Assembly: GCA_964507075.1 (NCBI GenBank)
Contig: CAZDOL010000016.1
Span: forward strand, 1,326-9,631
Direction of reading: 5' to 3'
From: an uncultured Gammaproteobacteria bacterium
GTDB lineage: Bacteria > Patescibacteriota > Patescibacteriia > UBA2591 > UBA6264
DNA: 8,306 nucleotides
Shown here: positions 1 to 6,392 of the stretch, one piece after another
How positions within the stretch are numbered: the first letter of the stretch is position 1
How the letters are laid out: each line of letters begins with the position of its first letter
The notes under the pieces: model-generated
What the model saw: only the letters and a program-made list of their open reading frames with translations
What the model was told of the DNA's origin: nothing
Databases searched by the model: none
Program-made: the position numbers and the translations under genes

Positions 1-40
1 TTAATCATTTTATATAAAATAATAATTAAAATATTAAAAT

Positions 41-598
41 ATGGAAAATTTTAAACGAAATAGTAGATTCGGTGGAAGGGGAGGCAGTGGGGGATTTGCA
101 GGTAGAAATTCTGGAAAAACAGAAATGCATAAGGCAATTTGTAGTAAATGCGGACAAGATTGCGAAGTGCCATTCAAACCAAGAGGCGATAAACCCGTTC
201 TTTGTAGCGATTGTTTTAGGAAAGATGGCAATAACGAGCAGAGAAGATTTAGTGGAAGAGATTCAAGAAGGTCCAGTTTTAGTGATAAAAAAATGTATGA
301 AGCAGTTTGCGCTGAGTGTGGAGAAAAATGTGAAGTCCCTTTCAGACCTACAGGCGATAAACCCGTTTATTGCAGTGAATGTTTTAGTAAAGGAAGCAAG
401 AGCAAAAGTTCTGAGCAATCAACGAAACAATTTGATTCAATAAATACTAAACTTGATAAAATCTTGGAATTATTAACTCCAGCTCTTCCTGTAGCAACAA
501 AAGAGAACAAAAAAGTTGTTAAAAAAGAAAAAGTTGTTAAACCTAAAAAAGCAAGCAAGGATAAAAAGACAAAAGTAACAACAAAAAAGAAAAAATAA
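41..598 (+). CDS. Tandem CxxC-x17-CxxC zinc-ribbon protein with an N-terminal RGG-rich segment and a C-terminal Lys-rich tail; putative nucleic-acid-binding protein
   Basis: 185-aa track ORF. It has two internal repeats: aa 29-61 MHKAICSKCGQDCEVPFKPRGDKPVLCSDCFRK (nt 125-223) and aa 85-117 MYEAVCAECGEKCEVPFRPTGDKPVYCSECFSK (nt 293-391). Each repeat is CxxC, exactly 17 residues, then CxxC. The N-terminus is RFGGRGGSGGFAGR and the C-terminus is KKVVKKEKVVKPKKASKDKKTKVTTKKKK. The overlapping +ORF 72..443 has no such structure. Confidence 0.8.
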   Translation: MENFKRNSRFGGRGGSGGFAGRNSGKTEMHKAICSKCGQDCEVPFKPRGDKPVLCSDCFRKDGNNEQRRFSGRDSRRSSFSDKKMYEAVCAECGEKCEVPFRPTGDKPVYCSECFSKGSKSKSSEQSTKQFDSINTKLDKILELLTPALPVATKENKKVVKKEKVVKPKKASKDKKTKVTTKKKK

Positions 599-634
599 AA
601 ATTAATAGCTACCTTAAAGACCATATAAGATATG

Positions 635-670
635 CAGAATCATCTCGATTTGTGAGATGGTTTCTGTTTT
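635..670 (+). terminator. Probable intrinsic terminator or attenuator hairpin between the zinc-ribbon gene and typA
   Basis: CAGAA-t-CATCTC (635-646) pairs with GAGATG-gt-TTCTG (654-666) around a 7-nt loop and is followed by TTTT (667-670). The stem has a bulge and the T-run is short. typA starts only 19 nt downstream, so read-through is plausible. Confidence 0.5.
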
Positions 671-688
671 AAATTAACAAACAACGAT

Positions 689-2485
689 ATGGAAATAAGA
701 AATATTGCGATTATTGCCCATGTAGATCACGGAAAAACAGCTTTAACCGATGCTTTGATGCGCCAAACAAAAATGGCTGATGAAAGTGTGAGTATGGATT
801 CAAATGCATTAGAAAAAGAGAGGGGTATTACAATCTATTCAAAAAACACATCTTTAATCTATAAAGATACAAAAATAAACATTGTTGACACCCCTGGTCA
901 TGCTGATTTTAGTTCGGAGGTAGAAAGAATTTTAAGATCCATTGACTCTGTTTTACTTTTGGTGGATGCTCAGGAAGGACCTATGCCCCAAACAAAATTT
1001 GTGTTAAAGAAATCACTTGAACTTAATTTAAAGCCGATAGTAGTAATCAATAAGATAGATAAACCAGCATCTAGAGCAAAAGAAGTTCATGATATGGTAC
1101 TTGAGTTGTTTATGGATTTAGGAGCAAGCAATGAACAGCTTGATTTCGAAATAATTTATGCTATAGCTAAAGATGGTATTGCAAAAAGAGAATTGGAAGA
1201 CAAAAATGAGGACTTATCTCCACTTCTTGATTTAATATTGGAAACAATAGAACCAGCTTCGGGTGATGAAATAAATAAAAAACCACTTAAAATGCAATCT
1301 TTTAATTTAGCTTATGATAACTATATAGGAAGAATGGCTATTTGTAGGATATATCAAGGCAAGATAAGAAAAGGCATGAATGTCATTGTAAGAGAAAGTG
1401 AAGATAAATGTAGAGCAGGCCAGATAAGTAATTTATATACTTTTTATGGATTAGAGAGGAAAGAAATTGATGAAGCGGTTGCTGGCGATATTGTGATGAT
1501 AGCGGGTATACCAAATATAGATATTGGAGAAACAATTTGTGAAAATAAAGAACAAGATATGTTGCCAGCTATTAAAATTGATGAACCAACAATTTCACTT
1601 GATTTTATGGTGAATAGTTCTCCTCTTGCCGGAAGAGATGGTAAATATGTAACAAACAGTAAATTACAAGAAAGATTGAAGAAAGAATTAGAGGTTAATG
1701 TTGGTTTAAAAATCGATTTTAGTGCAACAAATGGACGACATAAGGTTTATGGTAGGGGAGAATTACACATTGCCATTCTTTTAGAAAATATGAGAAGAGA
1801 AAATTTTGAAATACAGGTTTCTCAACCAAAGGTGATTATTAAGGATAATGAGGGGGTAAAACAAGAACCATATGAGGAGGTAACTATAGATGTACCGAAA
1901 GAAATGGCTGGTATGGTAATTGAGAAATTATCAAAAAGAAAAGGGAAAATGCTTGATATGAAATCCGAGCAAAATCATCAAAGATTAATTTTTGAAGTCC
2001 CAACTCGTGGTATTTTGGGATATAAAGGAAATTTTATTATTGACACAAGAGGTGAGGGTATTTTCACTAGTCGTGTTATTGGTTTTAAAGATTATGCTGG
2101 CGATATAGAGAAACATGAACTTGGGTCTATGGTATCTATGGAACACGGAAAGGCTTTAGCCTATGCATTATGGAAATTGGAAGAAAGGGGCAAAATTTAT
2201 ATTCACCCAAATACCGCTGTTTATAGCGGAATGATTATAGGCAATGTATCAAAGGGAAATGATATGTGGGTAAATCCAACTAAAGGAAAGAATTTAACTA
2301 ACATTAGAGCTTCTGGATCTGATGATTCTATTGTATTATCTCCTCCTGCAGAAATAACATTAGAAAGGGGCTTAGAAATTATGAAAGAAGATGAATTTTT
2401 AGAAATTACACCTCAAAACATTAGGTTAAGGAAAGAATATTTAAGCAAAAATGAAAACGCAAAGAGAATAAAAGGGTTGATATAG
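689..2485 (+). CDS. typA: Translational GTPase TypA/BipA
   Basis: 598 aa. N-terminus IRNIAIIAHVDHGKTALTDALM (G1), DTPGHADF (G3) and NKIDK (G4), followed by EF-G-like domains and the TypA-type C-terminal region. Full length, no internal stops. Confidence 0.95.
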   Translation: MEIRNIAIIAHVDHGKTALTDALMRQTKMADESVSMDSNALEKERGITIYSKNTSLIYKDTKINIVDTPGHADFSSEVERILRSIDSVLLLVDAQEGPMPQTKFVLKKSLELNLKPIVVINKIDKPASRAKEVHDMVLELFMDLGASNEQLDFEIIYAIAKDGIAKRELEDKNEDLSPLLDLILETIEPASGDEINKKPLKMQSFNLAYDNYIGRMAICRIYQGKIRKGMNVIVRESEDKCRAGQISNLYTFYGLERKEIDEAVAGDIVMIAGIPNIDIGETICENKEQDMLPAIKIDEPTISLDFMVNSSPLAGRDGKYVTNSKLQERLKKELEVNVGLKIDFSATNGRHKVYGRGELHIAILLENMRRENFEIQVSQPKVIIKDNEGVKQEPYEEVTIDVPKEMAGMVIEKLSKRKGKMLDMKSEQNHQRLIFEVPTRGILGYKGNFIIDTRGEGIFTSRVIGFKDYAGDIEKHELGSMVSMEHGKALAYALWKLEERGKIYIHPNTAVYSGMIIGNVSKGNDMWVNPTKGKNLTNIRASGSDDSIVLSPPAEITLERGLEIMKEDEFLEITPQNIRLRKEYLSKNENAKRIKGLI

Positions 2486-2487
2486 TG

Positions 2488-2515
2488 TTGACAAAAAGGT
2501 CATTTTTGCTATATT
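2488..2515 (+). promoter_or_regulatory. Near-consensus sigma70-type promoter with an extended -10, driving the small-ORF cassette
   Basis: TTGACA (2488-2493), a 16-nt spacer, then TGc-TATATT (2507-2515). It starts 3 nt after the typA stop codon. The predicted TSS is near 2522, about 40 nt upstream of the ATG at 2564. Confidence 0.6.
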
Positions 2516-2563
2516 AAGAGCATCAAAAGCAAAATTCTTTGAAATACTTTAAAAGGAGGAACC

Positions 2564-2710
2564 ATGAAAATAATCAAAATGATATTGCTATTCATGGGAG
2601 TTTTCGTGATTATTTGGCTTGTTAGCGGTATATGCGCGGAAAAAATTTTGATAGAAAGAAAGCAGAAGATAAAAAGCAGAAAAGTTTCTTCAAAGGAGGT
2701 TATAAAATGA
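2564..2710 (+). CDS. 48-aa single-pass small membrane protein with a basic tail (below the ORF-track size cutoff)
   Basis: Hand translation: MKIIKMILLFMGVFVIIWLVSGICAEKILIERKQKIKSRKVSSKEVIK. AGGAGG at 2554-2559 lies 4 nt before the ATG. One hydrophobic helix is followed by a K/R-rich tail. The stop overlaps the next start as ATGA (2707-2710). Confidence 0.6.
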   Translation: MKIIKMILLFMGVFVIIWLVSGICAEKILIERKQKIKSRKVSSKEVIK

Positions 2711-3111
2711 AGAAAATAATTTCGTGTTCTATGGGAACAGCCCTTTTCACTTGCTTGGTGTTTATGGCTTGTTTATGTCTTGCAGGGGAGGGTTTTTCCG
2801 AAATGAGAGGATGGACACTTGTTGTAACTGTTGTGATGGGTAGCGTTTTTTCTTTCTTAATTGCTCAAGATTTAGCAATTGCGACTTCCGTCAGCTGTAC
2901 TGCTGTTGCGTCAGTAGCAATAGCCGCGACTAGCACTGGATCCAATCCCATGGGTGTCGTTATAGCGGCGGTTGCTATTATTATAGGCGCATCTGCTGCA
3001 TATGAGGCAACAGGACCAAAGGAAAGAAAGAAATTTTATTCTTTTTTGGTCATAGAAGCTTTGATAATAATTGCAATTCTCGTCATGGTTACTCCAAAAG
3101 GCATTGCATAA
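2707..3111 (+). CDS. 134-aa polytopic membrane protein, Ala/Val/Ile/Gly-rich, about 4-5 TM segments, no recognised family
   Basis: This is the track ORF 2632..3111, re-started at the in-frame ATG 2707 (MKKIISCSMGTALF...). AGGAGG at 2694-2699 lies 7 nt upstream and the start overlaps the previous stop as ATGA. The 2632 start would overlap the better-supported 48-aa ORF in another frame. Confidence 0.75.
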   Translation: MKKIISCSMGTALFTCLVFMACLCLAGEGFSEMRGWTLVVTVVMGSVFSFLIAQDLAIATSVSCTAVASVAIAATSTGSNPMGVVIAAVAIIIGASAAYEATGPKERKKFYSFLVIEALIIIAILVMVTPKGIA

Positions 3112-3128
3112 CGAAAGGAGGTTATTCA

Positions 3129-3251
3129 ATGATCATTTTTAGACCCAGTAGAAGAACTTGGTTTTACAATTTCAAAACCAAATTGAAATTAAATTATTTG
3201 TTCCCCCTGAGAAAAACAATCAGATTATTCTATTTTTATAGAAAGGGGTAG
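3129..3251 (+). CDS. 40-aa highly cationic, aromatic-rich peptide (hypothetical)
   Basis: Hand translation: MIIFRPSRRTWFYNFKTKLKLNYLFPLRKTIRLFYFYRKG. It has 11 K/R, 0 D/E and 11 F/W/Y. AGGAGG at 3116-3121 lies 7 nt before the ATG. The 19-nt translation-initiation region (3114-3132) is 17/19 identical to the one at 2692-2710. It lies just upstream of the cassette terminator. The composition is odd, so it could be spurious. Confidence 0.4.
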   Translation: MIIFRPSRRTWFYNFKTKLKLNYLFPLRKTIRLFYFYRKG

Positions 3252-3278
3252 AAGGAGATAATTATTTCAACAATGTTT

Positions 3279-3306
3279 GGGGCGTAAAGGAGACGCCCCT
3301 TTTTTA
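3279..3306 (+). terminator. Rho-independent terminator of the small-ORF cassette
   Basis: GGGGCG (3279-3284), a 9-nt loop, CGCCCC (3294-3299), then TTTTTTATTTT. Confidence 0.8.
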
Positions 3307-3423
3307 TTTTGGTTTGTGTTATAATATATTTATATTTAGTTTGTTTAAACGAAATAAGCGTTTCTTTTAGATTGTAATATATAATAGAATCTGTGATGAG
3401 TAAAAGAAATATAAGTAGATTTT

Positions 3424-4002
3424 ATGTATATGGATCCATTGAAATTAAGTGACGAACAAATTGTAGAGGTAGTTAGGGTTGAAGATAAGGGGCTATATAG
3501 CGAAATAATTAAACGTTATCAAAACAAATTATCCCATTATCTGCGTAAATTTGTTTATAACCCAGATGAACTTGAGGATGTGCTTCAGGTGGTTTTTATT
3601 AAAACCTATAAAAATCTTTTTAGTTTTAATACCCACAAAAAATTTTCTTCTTGGATATACAAAATTGCTCATAATGAAGCAATAAATCATATTAAAAAGA
3701 ATTCTACTAACCATCAAATTTCTTTAGACAAGGTTGAATATCAAATAATTGACAAAAATATTGATTTAGGAGAAGGATTTGATCAAATCTTATTAAAAGA
3801 ACAGATAGAAAACTCCTTAAGCCAATTGAAATTAAAATACAGAGAACCCTTGATATTATTCTTTTTTGAACAAAAGTCTTATGGGGAAATAAGTGATATT
3901 TTGCGAATTTCGAGAAATACAGTAGGGACTTTGATTTCTCGCGGCAAAAAAATGTTAAAAGAAAAATTAATTATAAATAAGTCATATGAACCGAAGCAAT
4001 AA
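3424..4002 (+). CDS. ECF-family (sigma-70 group 4) RNA polymerase sigma factor
   Basis: 192 aa. Region 2-like DELEDVLQVVFIKTYKNLFSFNTHKKFSSWIYKIAHNEAINHIKK. Region 4.2-like YREPLILFFFEQKSYGEISDILRISRNTVGTLISRGKKMLKEKL. No region 3, and the size is typical of ECF sigmas. Confidence 0.9.
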   Translation: MYMDPLKLSDEQIVEVVRVEDKGLYSEIIKRYQNKLSHYLRKFVYNPDELEDVLQVVFIKTYKNLFSFNTHKKFSSWIYKIAHNEAINHIKKNSTNHQISLDKVEYQIIDKNIDLGEGFDQILLKEQIENSLSQLKLKYREPLILFFFEQKSYGEISDILRISRNTVGTLISRGKKMLKEKLIINKSYEPKQ

Positions 4003-4867
4003 TCCAATGAAGTTAGAAAAAAGAGTTATGTCGGAGATTAAATCTGGCAGAATTAAATTACGTTCTAAATATATTTTTTGGGCCAAGAAATTAGGATTAA
4101 ATAGCGCTCTTAGTTTGAGTATTGTTTTAGCTATTCTTTTCTTTAATTTGGTTCTATTTTACATGAAATCCACAGATAATTTAGGTTATCTAAGTTTTGG
4201 AAAAAATGGCCTTTTGGCTTTTCTTGAATCTTTTCCTTATCTTTTAGTAATAGTTTTTCTTTTTTTCTTATTAATTACTGGTTATTTGATAACTAAAACT
4301 GATTGGTCATACAAAAAACCATTTAAATATATAGCATTAACGTTATTGATAATTGTTTTATTGGTTGGCAGCGCATTAGCTTCTACTAACCTTTCCCAAA
4401 GAATAGAGGAACAAGCTTTTATTAACAAAGGCCCAGGACTATTTTTTAAACCATTTTTGAGAAGTGGAATGGGCTTGAGGAATAGTGGCTTAGTTGGCGA
4501 AATAGATGAAATAGGCAAAAATTATTTAATTATTGATACCCCCAAAGGGAAACAATATCTTGATTTGAGTCAACTACAGACAGAATTGATTCTTTCTGAA
4601 ATAGAAAAAGGACAATTAGTGGTAGCAATTGGAGAGAGAAAAGATGATATTTTTGTAGTTAATGAAATTCGCTTAAAGGGGGGAAATGGATTTTCTATGA
4701 TTAGAAGGGGTATCCATATCTATCCAGAACGAAATCCACGATTTTTGCATATGCCAAAAAATCATTTTTTTCGTCCAAACGAAGAAGTCAAAAAATGTTT
4801 AGATGACTGTATTGAAGATAATGGATTTGATCAATCTTGCTTTGAAAAATGTCGACCAATGAAATAA
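3986..4867 (+). CDS. Polytopic membrane protein co-transcribed with the ECF sigma; putative non-ZAS anti-sigma factor with a C-terminal beta-rich domain and twin Cx3C motif
   Basis: 293-aa track ORF overlapping the sigma gene by 17 nt; the alternative ATG at 4007 lies 5 nt after the sigma stop. It has a short basic N-terminus, three hydrophobic segments (about aa 40-60, 75-101 and 113-135) and a ~155-aa C-terminal domain ending CLDDCIEDNGFDQSCFEKC. The anti-sigma role is inferred only from position. The N-terminal soluble segment is short (~38 aa) and lacks HxxxCxxC. Confidence 0.6.
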   Translation: MNRSNNPMKLEKRVMSEIKSGRIKLRSKYIFWAKKLGLNSALSLSIVLAILFFNLVLFYMKSTDNLGYLSFGKNGLLAFLESFPYLLVIVFLFFLLITGYLITKTDWSYKKPFKYIALTLLIIVLLVGSALASTNLSQRIEEQAFINKGPGLFFKPFLRSGMGLRNSGLVGEIDEIGKNYLIIDTPKGKQYLDLSQLQTELILSEIEKGQLVVAIGERKDDIFVVNEIRLKGGNGFSMIRRGIHIYPERNPRFLHMPKNHFFRPNEEVKKCLDDCIEDNGFDQSCFEKCRPMK

Positions 4868-4943
4868 AAAGTTGTTATTGATTGTAGTATTATCAGACAA
4901 AGAGAAAGGTCGGCAAAATAAAATGAATTGTAATAAAAAATTT

Positions 4944-5414
4944 ATGAATAAAAAAATATTATTCTCAGCACTAGCTCTCAGTCTTTTATTCACTTTAGGT
5001 GTAAATTCAGCTTTAGCTCAAGGTTGGTTTCATGGTAGAGAAAACTTTGATCCTGAAAAAATTGTTGATAGACAAACAGAAATGTTTGAAAACCAGGCAA
5101 ATTTATTAGGTATTAGTGTAGATCAAATGAAAGAGTATTGGTCAGCGGGCAAGAATTTGAAAGAAATTGCTACAGAGCTGAACATTAGTGACGAAGACTT
5201 ACGCCTGAAGATGCAAGAAGGGCAAAAAGAGAGAATGAGAGAAGGTTTCAATGCTTTAGTTGAAAATGGAGTTATTACTCAAAAACAGGCAGATAGTCGA
5301 CTTACTTTTACGCAAGATAGAATGAATAATCTTGATGGTCAAATAGGTAAATTTGGCAAAAGAGGATTAAAAGAAGGCTTTGGGGGTTGTAAGTTTAATA
5401 AACTTGATAAATAA
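4944..5414 (+). CDS. Secreted alpha-helical protein (Sec signal peptide); third gene of the ECF sigma operon, possibly DUF2680/YckD-like
   Basis: Track ORF 4872..5414, trimmed to MNKKILFSALALSLLFTLGVNSALA|QGW, a classic n-h-c signal with an ALA cleavage site; ATG 4923 is an alternative start. The mature part is rich in E/K/Q/M. The motif VENGVITQKQADSRLTFTQDRMNN recalls DUF2680 from memory only. No terminator separates it from the preceding gene. Confidence 0.75.
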   Translation: MNKKILFSALALSLLFTLGVNSALAQGWFHGRENFDPEKIVDRQTEMFENQANLLGISVDQMKEYWSAGKNLKEIATELNISDEDLRLKMQEGQKERMREGFNALVENGVITQKQADSRLTFTQDRMNNLDGQIGKFGKRGLKEGFGGCKFNKLDK

Positions 5415-5445
5415 TTTAATTAATAAAAATTATTAACCTTTAATT

Positions 5446-5477
5446 AAAAAGTATCTCCCTTTGGGGAAATACTTTTT
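5446..5477. terminator. Bidirectional hairpin (A-run, stem, T-run) between convergent genes; likely the uppP terminator
   Basis: AAAAAGTATCTCCC (5446-5459) pairs with GGGAAATACTTTTT (5464-5477) with one mismatch, giving a U-run on either strand. Confidence 0.6.
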
Positions 5478-5486
5478 AATTATTAC

Positions 5487-5521
5487 AATGGTTGACCCTA
5501 GGGGTCAACCATTATTTTTTT
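5487..5521 (+). terminator. Strong rho-independent terminator of the sigma operon
   Basis: Perfect 12-bp stem: AATGGTTGACCC (5487-5498), loop TAG, GGGTCAACCATT (5502-5513). It is followed by A and T7 (5515-5521). The T-run overlaps the uppP stop codon on the other strand. Confidence 0.75.
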
Positions 5522-6257
5522 AGAAGATAAAGCCGATTATGGCGCTGATAAAACAAATAAAGCTAAAGATTAATGCAAACTTAAAAAAGTTTATTTTTTT
5601 AGCCCAATTAATTAAGAAATGTAAAGTTAAAATACCTGCTAAAAAGCTAAAAATCAAAGCAGGCCAAGATTGAGTAATTAACATAGGTTCTTGTAGAAAT
5701 AGGTATAAACTAGAGGCCAGAACAACAGGGACAGACATTAAATACGATATTTTTAATATTTCTTCAGGTTTGGTTTTGCTCAAAGAGAGCCCAAAAATAG
5801 TGGATCCAGAACGAGATAGTCCTGGTATAACCGCCAAACCCTGTAAAAATCCAACAATTAGAGCTAAGTTAGATGATTTTATATTAAATTTTGACTTCTT
5901 TTTATAGGCATAAGCAGTACCCAAAAGCCCAAATCCCATTAAAACAAGCAATCCATTGCCAAAAGCAAAGCTTTTTATTATTTTATAAAGAGGATAGCTG
6001 ATTATTAGAGATACAATAGTAGAAATTATTAAAAAATTGAGTAATTCTTTATTTTTAAAACTTAAAATTTTTATCCAATCTTTTCTAAAATAAATTATGG
6101 CAGCTAATAAAGTCCCCAGATGCAGAAAGAGAGCAAGGTCAATCGGATGAAATTCTTTAACAAAAAAGTTGCTTAGTAAAGAAGTTATACCTTCGCTAGA
6201 AATAGGCAACCACTCAAAAATTCCCTGAACAATTCCTAAAATAATATAGTTTATCAT
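5520..6257 (-). CDS. uppP: Undecaprenyl-diphosphate phosphatase (UppP/BacA)
   Basis: 245 aa, polytopic. Contains both BacA signature motifs: GIVQGIFEWLPISSEG near the N-terminus and PGLSRSGSTI. Confidence 0.93.
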   Translation of the reverse strand: MINYIILGIVQGIFEWLPISSEGITSLLSNFFVKEFHPIDLALFLHLGTLLAAIIYFRKDWIKILSFKNKELLNFLIISTIVSLIISYPLYKIIKSFAFGNGLLVLMGFGLLGTAYAYKKKSKFNIKSSNLALIVGFLQGLAVIPGLSRSGSTIFGLSLSKTKPEEILKISYLMSVPVVLASSLYLFLQEPMLITQSWPALIFSFLAGILTLHFLINWAKKINFFKFALIFSFICFISAIIGFIF

Positions 6258-6263
6258 ATGGGA

Positions 6264-6291
6264 ATAATAGCAGGGAGCTTAAAATTGTCAA
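6264..6291 (-). promoter_or_regulatory. Sigma70-type promoter of uppP, positioned for a leaderless transcript
   Basis: Minus strand reads TTGACA (6291-6286), a 16-nt spacer, TATTAT (6269-6264), then 6 nt (tcccat) and the ATG at 6257. No Shine-Dalgarno sequence is possible in that space. Confidence 0.55.
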
Positions 6292-6320
6292 CTTTCCTTA
6301 TCTCTAATAATCTGCTATAA

Positions 6321-6347
6321 TTAAATATTCATGTAATGAATATTTAA
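6321..6347. repeat. Perfect 12-bp inverted repeat with a 3-nt centre (candidate operator or hairpin)
   Basis: TTAAATATTCAT-gta-ATGAATATTTAA. It extends to 14 bp per arm with the flanking AA/TT (6319-6349). Confidence 0.9.
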
Positions 6348-6354
6348 TTTCAAG
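6339..6354. repeat. Copy 1 of the 16-bp direct repeat AATATTTAATTTCAAG
   Basis: Exact 16-mer that overlaps the right arm of the palindrome. It is followed by CTTTGC-TTATAATTAA. Confidence 0.9.
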
Positions 6355-6392
6355 CTTTGCTTATAATTAAAATACCTTAATTTTTATACAAT

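Noticed and set aside
72-443. 123-aa + strand ORF overlapping the first gene in another frame
   Set aside because: The 41..598 frame contains the duplicated CxxC-x17-CxxC zinc-ribbon structure. The alternative frame shows no motif and looks like an overlap artefact.
34-624. Minus-strand ORFs 34..231 and 367..624
   Set aside because: These are shadow ORFs antisense to the zinc-ribbon gene. Their low-complexity translations (poly-Phe/Leu from the Lys-rich sense strand) have no motifs.
1877-1919. Internal GAGGAGG followed by an out-of-frame ATG (1890) within typA
   Set aside because: The ORF is only 9 codons, lies out of frame inside a conserved gene, and looks like a chance occurrence.
2632-2706. 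N-terminal extension of the 134-aa membrane protein (track start at 2632)
   Set aside because: The extension has no SD, is highly charged and overlaps the SD-led 48-aa ORF. The ATG at 2707 has AGGAGG 7 nt upstream and an ATGA stop/start overlap.
2911-3129. Minus-strand 72-aa ORF
   Set aside because: It is antisense to the membrane-protein gene, Cys/Ser/Asn-rich with no signals, and looks like a shadow ORF.
3273-3287. Mini-ORF MFGA-stop after AAGGAG (3252-3257), running into the terminator stem
   Set aside because: The SD-to-ATG spacing is 15 nt, which is too long, and there are only 4 codons. The GGGGCG...CGCCCC-T-run is better explained simply as the terminator.
3396-3452. 18-codon upstream ORF (MSKRNISRFYVYGSIEIK) overlapping the sigma-factor start out of frame
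   Set aside because: It has no SD and sits in an AT-rich region where short ORFs arise by chance. There is no supporting structure.
3529-3717. Minus-strand 62-aa ORF inside the sigma gene
   Set aside because: Shadow ORF. The sense frame has clear sigma regions 2 and 4.
4282-4993. Minus-strand ORFs 4282..4518 and 4799..4993
   Set aside because: They are antisense to well-supported + strand genes and have no motifs or initiation signals.
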